Shown piece after piece: positions 27,312-35,934 of a DNA stretch of 64,000 nucleotides (position 1 is its first letter; each line of letters starts with the position of its first letter). The stretch is from positions 766 to 64,765 of the forward strand of contig JAZOBZ010000016.1 in assembly GCA_045596245.1 (NCBI GenBank), given 5' to 3'. The translations under genes were made by a program, and so were the position numbers. The stretch comes from Alistipes sp. (lineage in GTDB: Bacteria > Bacteroidota > Bacteroidia > Bacteroidales > Rikenellaceae). The notes below the pieces were generated by a model, which did not search any database, was not told the DNA's origin, and was given only the letters and a program-made list of their open reading frames with translations.

Positions 27312-27355
27312 ACTTCAATCGGTTTACACTCACAAAGTTAGTTATAATTTTAATA

Positions 27356-27391
27356 AAAACTACTATTTGTACCGATTTATTTAAGTTTGGG
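27356..27391 (+). repeat. Right attachment site (element arm plus core)
   Basis: AAAACTACTATTTGTACCG followed by ATTTATTTAAGTTTGGG. The arm is an imperfect inverted repeat of the left arm. Confidence 0.8.
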
Positions 27392-27455
27392 TTAGTAGAA
27401 GGGCTCGCAATGAGTCCTGAGGTAGGCGACAATCGAGAGATTCTCGCCTATTTTT
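27375..27455 (+). ncRNA. Displaced, promoterless 3' half of the host sRNA
   Basis: AAGTTTGGGTTAGTA, GGGCTC-GCAA-TGAGTCC, TAGGCGA-CAATC-GAGA-GATT-CTCGCCTA-TTTTT. Collinear with the 3' half of the 24431-24555 copy. Confidence 0.75.
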
Positions 27456-27758
27456 GTTTTATGTTGCGAGCCCTTCTCCTTTCAACCTGTGGCGGCGTGG
27501 CAGACTTGTCTGCTTTCGGCTGTTGTTTGCTGTCGCAAATAATTGTCTTTGTCAGATAATTGACTTTGAAAATAAATTTTCAGTCATTTTCTGCCAAACC
27601 CAACAATCTACGATTGCAACAGCCTCTCTCGGTCTGCTCAAACCTGCGGAGGTCGTTAGTAGAAGAAATAGGTATTCTTTTTTATTTATTACTCGCAATG
27701 AGTCCTGAGGTAGGCGACAATCGAGAGATTCTCGCCTATTTTTGTTTTATGTTGCGAG
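27404..27758 (+). repeat. Exact 67-bp direct repeat (27404-27470 and 27692-27758)
   Basis: CTCGCAATGAGTCCTGAGGTAGGCGACAATCGAGAGATTCTCGCCTATTTTTGTTTTATGTTGCGAG occurs twice, 288 bp apart. Confidence 0.92.
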
Positions 27759-27847
27759 TTTCTCTCCTTCAAGCAAGCTTGATTTGTAGTACCAAAAAAC
27801 AAAAGATGCCGAATCTCGGCACCTTTCTGCTTCGTTTGTTTTGTTCG

Positions 27848-27922
27848 GGTGGAAGATGGGATTCGAACCCACGACCTTCGGAACCACAATCCGCAACTCT
27901 AACCAGCTGAGCTACATCCACC
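27848..27922 (-). tRNA. tRNA-His (GTG)
   Basis: Cloverleaf starting GGTGGATGTAGCTCAGCTGGTTAGAG, anticodon loop TTGTGGT, T loop GGTTCGAATCC, and a G-1:C73 pair. CCA is not encoded. Confidence 0.93.
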
Positions 27923-28073
27923 ATCTAAATCCCTCGCGGAATCGAGTGCAAAAGTAATATACTTTTTAACAATGTCCAAATTTTTTCAAAGAAAAGTTAA
28001 TTATATCGACAACTATTGCCAAAAAACATTCTCTATGCCCACTCCTCCATACAACGCAGGCGCATGAGTTTCC

Positions 28074-29129
28074 CTACACCTTTGGATTCTTCATCACTAT
28101 ATTTTGTCGTTCGATACTCTCAACATGTATAGCATCGAGTATAGTACGCAGAAACTGCTCGCTCAACCCGAGTGATGTACCACGAACAAGGGCATGCTCC
28201 ATAATATCCTCCCAACGCTCTCTCTGCAAAATACGCACATTATTATCTCGTTTGATACAACCTATCTGCTCCGCTGCATTCATTCGCTCGGCAAGAAGTT
28301 GCAAAATCTCACTATCAAGACTATCTATCTGCTCACGCAATCCCAACAGAGCTGTTTTATACGACTCCGAAGAGGATTCTCCGGCACGCCATTTTATACC
28401 ATCAAGTATTGCCGACAAAGCCGCTGGTGTTAGTTGTTGCTTGGCATCGCTCCACGCCTCGGCAGGGTTGATATGGCTCTCAATCATAAAACCATCATAG
28501 TTAAGGTCTGCTGCCTGCTGCGATATATCGGCGATAAAATCTCTACAACCGCAAATATGCGAAGGGTCGCAGAGTATCGGCAAATCAGGCATTCTGCGTC
28601 TCATTTCGAGAGCAAGATGCCACATTGGAGCATTGCGCAACGCTCCTGCGCCATAGCCCGAAAATCCACGATGGATAAGACCTATATTTTTCACGCCACA
28701 AACTGCAAGTCGCTCCACAGCTCCGCACCACAAATCGACATCACCATTTACAGGATTCTTCACAAAAACCATCTTCTCGGTGCCACGCATAGCCTCTGCA
28801 ACCTCCTGCATAGAGAATGGGTTGGCTGCGGTACGGGCTCCAATCCAATACATATCAAGGTCATAAGACATGGCACTCTCGACATGTCTGGCATTGGCAA
28901 CTTCGGTAGTTATCTTCAATCCTGTCAACTCTCTTGCCTTAACTAACCAAGGCAACGCCTCAGCACCTATACCTTCGAATGTTCCGGGTTTGGTGCGTGG
29001 CTTCCATACGCCGGCACGCAATATATCCACCTTACCTGTTGCAGCAAGGGCTTGTGCTGTTGTAATAACTTGCTCTTCGCTCTCGGCACTACAAGGGCCT
29101 GCAATAATTAAAGGTCGCTTCAACTTCAT
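28074..29129 (-). CDS. Bifunctional DAHP synthase (class I-beta) / chorismate mutase
   Basis: IAGPCSAES, WKPRT, WIGART, VKNP and CDPSH, with a C-terminal AroQ domain (LREQIDSLD...ESIERQ). Confidence 0.92.
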   Translation of the reverse strand: MKLKRPLIIAGPCSAESEEQVITTAQALAATGKVDILRAGVWKPRTKPGTFEGIGAEALPWLVKARELTGLKITTEVANARHVESAMSYDLDMYWIGARTAANPFSMQEVAEAMRGTEKMVFVKNPVNGDVDLWCGAVERLAVCGVKNIGLIHRGFSGYGAGALRNAPMWHLALEMRRRMPDLPILCDPSHICGCRDFIADISQQAADLNYDGFMIESHINPAEAWSDAKQQLTPAALSAILDGIKWRAGESSSESYKTALLGLREQIDSLDSEILQLLAERMNAAEQIGCIKRDNNVRILQRERWEDIMEHALVRGTSLGLSEQFLRTILDAIHVESIERQNIVMKNPKV

Positions 29130-29135
29130 AACAAT

Positions 29136-29984
29136 CTATCTTTTATCTAAAACCTTTCGTATCTCATTTGCGCGCTCAATGGTCTGACGAATCTCCTCTC
29201 GGTTATCCTTTTCTAAGGCCTTACGGAAAATTTCAAGTTGGTGAATATACTCTCGCAGCACATCAAGCACATTATATTTATTTTGCATCAATATCGGAAT
29301 CCACATCTCGGGTGATGACTTTGCAAGTCGTACCGTACTCTCAAAACCTCCTCCTGCAAGGTTGAGAATTGTGTCGCTCTCTCGTTCCTTTTCGAGTACA
29401 GTGGTAGCTAAAACAAACGATGTAATATGTGAAATATGGCTCACATAAGCAGCATGAACATCATGTTGCGAAGGTGACATGTGCATAATCTTCATACCTA
29501 TTGCAGAGAAGAGCTCCTCCACCCATGCAACAGCCTCCTTATCCGACTTATCGGCCTCACATAGTACCAAATTACAACCCGCAAATGCCCCCTCAACAGC
29601 AGCTTCGGGACCACTATGTTCGGTACCCCACATCGGGTGTGTAGCAACAAAGCGGCTACGGCGTGGGTGCTGGCTGATAATTTCACACAACTCCTCTTTC
29701 GTAGAACCCATATCCATCACTATTTGATTGCCATCAATGCGATTTAGCAACCTTATAGCCAATGAAGGAATAGTATCTACTGGCGTTGCAAGAAGCACAA
29801 CATCGGCGACCTCGGTTGCCTTATCGAACTCGACAACTTCATCAACCAACCCCAACTTCAACGCCATCTCAGCATTGCGAGGAGATGCATCAACGCCCAA
29901 AATGCGCTCTGCAAGTGCATGCTTGCGTAGCGCAAGAGCAAACGATCCGCCTATTAATCCTAAACCTATGATACAAATTCTCAT
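29136..29984 (-). CDS. tyrA: Prephenate dehydrogenase
   Basis: GLGLIGGS, DMGSTK, HPMWGTE, HDVHAAYVSH and GGGFESTVRLA. Confidence 0.93.
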   Translation of the reverse strand: MRICIIGLGLIGGSFALALRKHALAERILGVDASPRNAEMALKLGLVDEVVEFDKATEVADVVLLATPVDTIPSLAIRLLNRIDGNQIVMDMGSTKEELCEIISQHPRRSRFVATHPMWGTEHSGPEAAVEGAFAGCNLVLCEADKSDKEAVAWVEELFSAIGMKIMHMSPSQHDVHAAYVSHISHITSFVLATTVLEKERESDTILNLAGGGFESTVRLAKSSPEMWIPILMQNKYNVLDVLREYIHQLEIFRKALEKDNREEIRQTIERANEIRKVLDKR

Positions 29985-29989
29985 AACTC

Positions 29990-30024
29990 TTAATTTTGCA
30001 TTTTGAATTCTGCATTTTGAATTC
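29990..30024 (-). repeat. 5 x 7-bp repeat forming the last codons and stop of the aminotransferase
   Basis: Coding strand reads gaattca aaatgca gaattca aaatgca aaattaa, the same unit family as 9876-9980. Confidence 0.8.
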
Positions 30025-31165
30025 TGTCAAGCACCCTTTGCAGCAACTCTTCCGAAGCACAAAGACTTATGCGAATATATTGCATACCCTCCTCTCCAAA
30101 CACTCCACCGGGTGTTACGAAGATATTTTTCTCATAGAGTAATCTATCGCAGAAGTCGTAGCAGTTTTCGTCATTCGGTATTCTACCCCACAGGAATAGT
30201 CCAGCCTGATTGGTTCGGCATTCCAGACCAAGAGCCTCCATTATCTGCAACCCCAGCACCTCACGCTGTCGATAGACTCTATTTTGCTCCTCATACCACT
30301 CATCGCCCAGAGCGAGAGCCGTAGCTGCTGCAAGTTGCAAAGGTAAGAACATTCCCGAATCCATATTACTTTTGAAGCGCAAAATTTCATCTATTCTCTC
30401 CTTTGCACCACCAATCATACCTATTCGCCACCCCGCCATGTTATGGCTCTTGCTCAACGAGTTGAGCTCAACAGCCACCTCTCGCGCCCCTTCAACTGCA
30501 AGTAACGACAGCGGTTTATCATTGCGTAAAAAGCAGTAGGGATTATCATTCACAAGCAAAATATGGTGTTCTCGGCACCAATCCACAATCCTCTGCAAAT
30601 CCTCTCTCGTTGCCACTGCTCCTGTTGGCATATGAGGATAGTTGATAATCATCATCTTCACGCCACTGACAGGGAGTCTTTCGAGATTAGGCATATAGTT
30701 ATTCTCCTCTTTTAGCGCATACTCCACCACCTCTCCACCAGCAAGTCGCACCGCCGAGGAGTATGTCGGATAACCCGGATTAGGCACCAACACCCTATCT
30801 CCATCTGAGATATATGTCATCACCGTATGCATAACACCCTCTTTTGAGCCGATAAGAGGAAGTATCTCACTCTCTGGATTTAGCTCTACTTCAAAACGGG
30901 TTTTATACCAAACCGATAGCGCTTCACGCAACTCTGTTGCTCCACGATATGATTGATAGCCATGCACCGACACCTTTGCCGACTCCGTAGCAAGGCGCTC
31001 TATCACCGAAGGGTGTGGGGGAAGGTCCGGCGAGCCAATACCCATATTTAAAACATCGGCACCGGCACGGCGCATCTCTTCTATCTCACGCAGTTTGCGC
31101 GAGAAGTAGTATTCGGTAACACTACCCAACCGGGTTGCCAATTCAAAGTCGTATGCTCTTTTCAT
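29990..31165 (-). CDS. PLP-dependent aminotransferase class I/II
   Basis: NMGIGSPD, NYPHMPTG, DNPY and SLSKSHNMAGWRIG; lies within the aromatic amino-acid operon. Confidence 0.9.
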   Translation of the reverse strand: MKRAYDFELATRLGSVTEYYFSRKLREIEEMRRAGADVLNMGIGSPDLPPHPSVIERLATESAKVSVHGYQSYRGATELREALSVWYKTRFEVELNPESEILPLIGSKEGVMHTVMTYISDGDRVLVPNPGYPTYSSAVRLAGGEVVEYALKEENNYMPNLERLPVSGVKMMIINYPHMPTGAVATREDLQRIVDWCREHHILLVNDNPYCFLRNDKPLSLLAVEGAREVAVELNSLSKSHNMAGWRIGMIGGAKERIDEILRFKSNMDSGMFLPLQLAAATALALGDEWYEEQNRVYRQREVLGLQIMEALGLECRTNQAGLFLWGRIPNDENCYDFCDRLLYEKNIFVTPGGVFGEEGMQYIRISLCASEELLQRVLDRIQNAEFKMQN

Positions 31166-31998
31166 AAATCTTTCCCCTTTTGGTATATTCCGTATATATG
31201 CACCTCAACACCTCTGCTACGCAACCGTTCCACCGCCTTCGTGAAGTCGGCACCCGAACAAAACTCCATATCGGTATGGAACATATAGTGCCAAGGCTCG
31301 GTAGGAATAGGGTAAGATTGCAGTTTTGTCATATTGAGATTAAGTCCTTCAAAACAGCCGAGTGTATCGTAAAGAGAACCCGATGTATTATCTATCTTAA
31401 AGTATAGTGAAGCCTTGCCGCCACCATCACTCGGCATTGGTTCTGTGCGTGTTCGGTCGCAGTATTCGAGGCGCAGAAATCTCGTGTAATTATCACTAAT
31501 GGTATGAATATCGGGAGCAACTATGTCAAGATTAAAGAGCTGTGCTGCTAACGAACTTGCAATGACTGCCTTTGTGCGGGAACCACTCGCTTGCAATTGC
31601 GCTGCACTCAACGCAGTATCGGCACTCTCGATAAGTTGCCAATGGTGTTTATCGAGGTAATCGGTACACTGCAAGAGTGCCATCTGATGCGACTCGACCT
31701 CACGGATATCCTCTAATGCCACGCCACGATTAACCATCAGATTTTGGCGGATACGCAGATATGACTCACCCGTAATATGCACATTACAACTCTGCAAGAT
31801 ATTGTAGTTCGGGAGTATTGAACCTGCAATTGAGTTCTCGATAGCCATAATGCCATAATCCACTCTGCATTGTTCGACAGCATATGCCACTTCGCGGAAG
31901 GTGTCACAAGCAAGAATCTCCACCACTTCGCCCTCTATGCCCTCTGCTACGATATGATGAAAGCTACCTCTATATCCTTGTATTGCTACTTTTTTCAT
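31162..31998 (-). CDS. pheA: Prephenate dehydratase
   Basis: VAIQGYRGSFH, AIENSIAG, NYTRF and an ACT domain (LNMTKLQSYP). Confidence 0.92.
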   Translation of the reverse strand: MKKVAIQGYRGSFHHIVAEGIEGEVVEILACDTFREVAYAVEQCRVDYGIMAIENSIAGSILPNYNILQSCNVHITGESYLRIRQNLMVNRGVALEDIREVESHQMALLQCTDYLDKHHWQLIESADTALSAAQLQASGSRTKAVIASSLAAQLFNLDIVAPDIHTISDNYTRFLRLEYCDRTRTEPMPSDGGGKASLYFKIDNTSGSLYDTLGCFEGLNLNMTKLQSYPIPTEPWHYMFHTDMEFCSGADFTKAVERLRSRGVEVHIYGIYQKGKDL

Positions 31999-32107
31999 GG
32001 TTTTGGTATTGATGGCTGTTTGCCATCTGTTTTTTACATTATAGATAACTTTTCTCCGAAAAAGTTAATTCCAACTTTTTCCAACTTTGCGCACTTAATT
32101 TTCAACT

Positions 32108-32137
32108 AAAAAGACCGTTCTTTTAAGGGAACGGTCT
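32108..32137 (-). terminator. Attenuator terminator of the phe/tyr operon
   Basis: Minus strand AGACCGTTC-CCTTAAAA-GAACGGTCT-TTTT. Its 5' arm can instead pair with AAGGGGAGCGGT at the end of the leader ORF. Confidence 0.8.
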
Positions 32138-32167
32138 AAATAATTATGCTTCATACACATACATCAA

Positions 32168-32233
32168 CTACCGCTCCCCTTCATTCGAAAAGAAGTAAAA
32201 GTAAAAAAAGTAGCTCGATGAGTGGTTAAACAT
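32168..32233 (-). CDS. Phe/Tyr-rich attenuation leader peptide, 21 aa
   Basis: MFNHSSSYFFYFYFFSNEGER has 8 consecutive Phe/Tyr codons, with a TACATTTG promoter box ~35 bp upstream. Confidence 0.85.
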   Translation of the reverse strand: MFNHSSSYFFYFYFFSNEGER

Positions 32234-32305
32234 ACTATTCTCTAACTATTATCCCATATAACGATATGCAAATGTAGTAAATTTTTGTCAAATCGCAAAA
32301 AAATC

Positions 32306-33688
32306 CTACAAATTTTGACTATTGCTATTGGTAAGTTCTTTACCCTGATATTCGCCTGTCAAAGTATTGAGGAACGCCATAATCTTATCCTCCTCTTCAT
32401 CAGTCAAAGCGACACCCGACTGATATGTTCCCATATCACAAACAGCCTCCTTCAATGTTGCACGAGTACCATCGTGGTAGTATGGCCAAGTAAGGGCAAC
32501 ATTGCGCAAGCCCGGCACCTTGAAACGATGACGGTCACGCTCCTCTTTGGTCTGCTTGTAGCGACCATTATCCTCCTCGGTAAGCTCCAATCCTCGGTCT
32601 GCAAAGTAGTGTTTGCGCAAGCCCATCAACTCATACGACTCACCGCCAAGATTTTGTCCGACATGGCATGTTGCACAACTATACTCCTTGAACAATTCGT
32701 AACCTGCCAACTCCTCAGCAGTAATTGCCGAGTTATCGCCACGAAGATATTTGTCGAATCGAGAATTTGGTGTAATAAGCGTACGCTCAAACTGCTCGAT
32801 AGCATCTGTAATCGTTGCCTCGGTGATACCCTCAGGATAGAGAGCCTTGAATGCACGCACCATCTTGCGGTCACGCTTCAACTTTGCGATAATCTGGTCG
32901 AAGTTTGGCGATGCCATCTCGACAGGATTTACCGGAGGTCCTGCTGCCTGCTCGGCAAGGGTTGTAGCACGACCGTCCCAGAACTGCACGAAGTTATATA
33001 CTGCATTATATACGGTTGGGGCATTTACGCCACCGAGTTGTCCCTCAACTCCCTCCGAGTATTGTTTATTATCAACACCTGCGGTATTCAAACCATGGCA
33101 CGATGCGCACGATACGGTATTATCCACCGAGAGGCGTGTGTCGTGGAAGAGCAAAAATCCCAACTCGGCCTTTGCCTCATCAACAGGCAGTGACAAGTCT
33201 ATCGGACGAATAGGCTCACCGGCACGCTCTCCCGTGAGACCATCGTTATAGTGTGCGATACGATACGCCGTAGCCCATTCGAGAATAATATCTCGCTTGG
33301 CATTTGTCATTTGGCTTCCCCAATGAACAAGGAAATACTTTGCCATAGGCATACGCTTATCCAGCGCAACCTTCTCGACCTTAGCCACATCTACGGGCGA
33401 CAACTCACCCTCACCTGATGTCAAGACCTGCATCATCGGCTCCATATCGAAGGCGCGATAGCCCTCCTCCACATCTTTCATTACAATATCGCCTGCAACG
33501 GGCAGGTCGAAGTAGAAAGGCAGGTCGGGATTTGCCGAGTGGCAAACCAAACACCCTCCCTCATTAAAAATCTCTACCACTGCATCATTCAAAGGCAAAT
33601 CCGCCTTTGGCGCACGATTGGCGATAAAGTAGCCTGCAACAAGCGCAACTACAACCACCACTGCTGTTACAATCAAACTTTTTTTCAT
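32306..33688 (-). CDS. Tri-heme cytochrome c peroxidase (YhjA-type)
   Basis: Three CxxCH motifs (CLVCH, CASCH, CATCH), QFWDGRA and FKVPGLRNVALTWPYYHDG. Confidence 0.9.
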   Translation of the reverse strand: MKKSLIVTAVVVVVALVAGYFIANRAPKADLPLNDAVVEIFNEGGCLVCHSANPDLPFYFDLPVAGDIVMKDVEEGYRAFDMEPMMQVLTSGEGELSPVDVAKVEKVALDKRMPMAKYFLVHWGSQMTNAKRDIILEWATAYRIAHYNDGLTGERAGEPIRPIDLSLPVDEAKAELGFLLFHDTRLSVDNTVSCASCHGLNTAGVDNKQYSEGVEGQLGGVNAPTVYNAVYNFVQFWDGRATTLAEQAAGPPVNPVEMASPNFDQIIAKLKRDRKMVRAFKALYPEGITEATITDAIEQFERTLITPNSRFDKYLRGDNSAITAEELAGYELFKEYSCATCHVGQNLGGESYELMGLRKHYFADRGLELTEEDNGRYKQTKEERDRHRFKVPGLRNVALTWPYYHDGTRATLKEAVCDMGTYQSGVALTDEEEDKIMAFLNTLTGEYQGKELTNSNSQNL

Positions 33689-33827
33689 AGCTCAATTATA
33701 TTAAATCGGTTAAAAGTGTACTGCTTCACCCTACAAATATACAATTTTTTTGTATGGTTACAAAAAAAAGCGAAATAGTTTTACTCTCAATTTTGATAAA
33801 GACTGCTATTGCTGATATTGGTCGCCA

Positions 33828-35876
33828 TTATAGATATCTCAACTGCTCCTGCTTAATCTGTTGTAGTTCATACATTCTATCACGATAGCGTGCCGCTGCT
33901 ATAAAATCCAACGACTTGGCAGCTCGTTCCATATCATTTCGTGCCTGTTCAATCAGGAAGTCTATATTTGCACCACTCTCATATTGCGACCTTACATCGG
34001 CAACCATACCCACTTTTGGCACATCTGTATTATACAGAACTCTTGTATCATTTACGGTTATCCTCTCTGCACCGCTATTATCAAGCAACGGGCTTGGTTG
34101 TGCCGAATTTCGTTTTGCCTGGCGGGGCATAATAGCATGTTCGATATTATATTTTATTTGTCGTTCTCGGCGGCGATTGCTATCTTCAACGGTACGGCGC
34201 ATCGCTTCGGTACAAGTTGTACCGAAGAGTACAACGCGTCCTTGTGCGTGACGGGCTGCGCGACCTGCCACCTGTGTCATGGCGGTATAATTTCGCAAAT
34301 AACCATTTTTGTCGGCATCAAAGATAGAGACTTGCGAAACCTCCGGCAAGTCGATACCTTCACGCAACAGATTTACTCCGCATAAGACATCAAATAGGTC
34401 CGCATGCATATCCTCAATGATTTGCACACGCTCCAAAGTATCGAGATCGGAGTGTATATACCGACTTCGCACCCCCATCTTTTCAAGATATGCCGATACC
34501 TCCTCGCACATACGCTTTGAGATAGTGGTAACAATCATCTTCTCACCGCGACTGACACATGTCTCGATATCCTCCATCAGACGGTCTATCTGTCGTGTCG
34601 AGTCACAAATCTTTAATGCTGGATCTATAATTCCTGTCGGACGAATAAATTGCTCAACAATACTCTCTTCACTACGAGCCAGCTCGTATGGTGCAGGCGT
34701 TGCACTCACATATATTGTTTGTCCCTGCATCGACTCGAACTCCTCGAATCGCAGAGGTCTGTTATCTCTTGCAGCAGGGAGGCGAAATCCATATTCAACA
34801 AGGTTCTCCTTGCGGGAACGGTCTCCGCCATACATACCCCTTACCTGAGGTATAGTAACATGGCTCTCGTCAATAATTATTAGAGCATCTTTGGGAAGAT
34901 AGTCAAGTAGGCAAAACGGTCGCATACCCGGCATTCGTCCATCGAAATAGCGAGAGTAGTTCTCAATACCTGAGCAATAACCCAACTCCTTTATCATTTC
35001 GAGGTCGTAGTTTACGCGTTGTTCGATACGCTTTGCCTCTACCTCTCGTCCCTCTCGCTCGAAGAAATCTATCTGTTTTTCGAGGTCTGCCTCGATATTC
35101 AGAACCGCCTGCTCAATGCGAGTTTTACTTGGAACAAAGAGATTTGCAGGGTAGATATTTACCTGTTCCAACGAATCGAGCCGCTGTCCTGTCTCAGCAT
35201 CAATCAGTGCAATCTCCTCAATCTCATCATCGAAGAAGGTCACACGATAGCAATGGTTTCCAATTGATGAGCGAATGGTTACACTATCACCCTTGACACG
35301 GAAAGTAGATGCCTCCAAATCACCTTCAACACGAGTGTATAGTATCTCTACAAGACGATACATCAAGTGTTTCATAGCCATTACATCGCCGACCTTTAAT
35401 TGTATCATAGTGCTATGGAAATCGGCAGGATTGCCAATACCATATATACACGACACGCTTGCCACGACAATCACATCACGCCGACCTGAGAGTAGCGAAA
35501 ATGTTGCGCTGAGTCGCATACGATCAATCTCGGCATTTATGGCAAGGTCTTTTTCAATGTAAGTGTCGGTTGAGGGGATATAGGCTTCGGGTTGGTAGTA
35601 GTCGTAGTATGATACGAAATACTCGACAGCATTGTCGGGAAAGAAGCCTTTAAATTCGCTATAAAGTTGGGCGGCAAGAGTTTTGTTGTGACTTAAAACG
35701 AGTACAGGACGATTGAGTTGGGCAATGACATTCGCTATCGTAAAGGTCTTTCCCGAACCGGTAACACCATGTAGCGTAGCAGCCGGGACACCTTGACGAA
35801 GCGAAGCGACCAACCGGCTGATAGCCTCCGGTTGGTCACCCATAGGTGCATAATCCGATACAAGTTTAAAATCCAT
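33828..35876 (-). CDS. uvrB: Excinuclease ABC subunit B
   Basis: GVTGSGKT, YYDYYQPEAY, DESH, NLLREGIDLPEV, GRAAR and a C-terminal UVR domain. Confidence 0.97.
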   Translation of the reverse strand: MDFKLVSDYAPMGDQPEAISRLVASLRQGVPAATLHGVTGSGKTFTIANVIAQLNRPVLVLSHNKTLAAQLYSEFKGFFPDNAVEYFVSYYDYYQPEAYIPSTDTYIEKDLAINAEIDRMRLSATFSLLSGRRDVIVVASVSCIYGIGNPADFHSTMIQLKVGDVMAMKHLMYRLVEILYTRVEGDLEASTFRVKGDSVTIRSSIGNHCYRVTFFDDEIEEIALIDAETGQRLDSLEQVNIYPANLFVPSKTRIEQAVLNIEADLEKQIDFFEREGREVEAKRIEQRVNYDLEMIKELGYCSGIENYSRYFDGRMPGMRPFCLLDYLPKDALIIIDESHVTIPQVRGMYGGDRSRKENLVEYGFRLPAARDNRPLRFEEFESMQGQTIYVSATPAPYELARSEESIVEQFIRPTGIIDPALKICDSTRQIDRLMEDIETCVSRGEKMIVTTISKRMCEEVSAYLEKMGVRSRYIHSDLDTLERVQIIEDMHADLFDVLCGVNLLREGIDLPEVSQVSIFDADKNGYLRNYTAMTQVAGRAARHAQGRVVLFGTTCTEAMRRTVEDSNRRRERQIKYNIEHAIMPRQAKRNSAQPSPLLDNSGAERITVNDTRVLYNTDVPKVGMVADVRSQYESGANIDFLIEQARNDMERAAKSLDFIAAARYRDRMYELQQIKQEQLRYL

Positions 35877-35934
35877 ACTCCGATTATGGCAAATATCTCA
35901 CCATGAAACTATATTCTCCCGAACTTAAATCTAA

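Larger units (their letters stand above)
14958..27391. mobile_element. ~12.4 kb integrative element encoding a large serine recombinase, inserted in an sRNA gene
   Basis: 17-bp direct repeat ATTTATTTAAGTTTGGG at 14958-14974 and 27375-27391. Inverted arms lie inside both ends, and the recombinase ATG is 64 bp from the right core. The content is visibly AT-rich and accessory. Removing the element restores a continuous sRNA gene. Confidence 0.88.

Noticed and set aside
14975-27374. Prophage or conjugative transposon interpretation
   Set aside because: No capsid, terminase, tail, relaxase or type IV secretion genes were recognised.
27404-27758. Possible CRISPR array
   Set aside because: Only two 67-bp copies with a 221-bp spacer, and no cas genes.
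27454-27910. 84-aa, 116-aa and 66-aa ORFs between the right att site and the tRNA
   Set aside because: They run through the duplicated hairpins and the tRNA and have no protein-like features.
27848-27922. tRNA-His as the integration site of the island
   Set aside because: No duplicated tRNA 3' fragment was seen at the left boundary. The 17-bp repeat and inverted arms place the right end about 450 bp away, inside the sRNA gene.
32285-33193. 302-aa + strand ORF
   Set aside because: It is antisense to the cytochrome c peroxidase and has no recognisable motifs.
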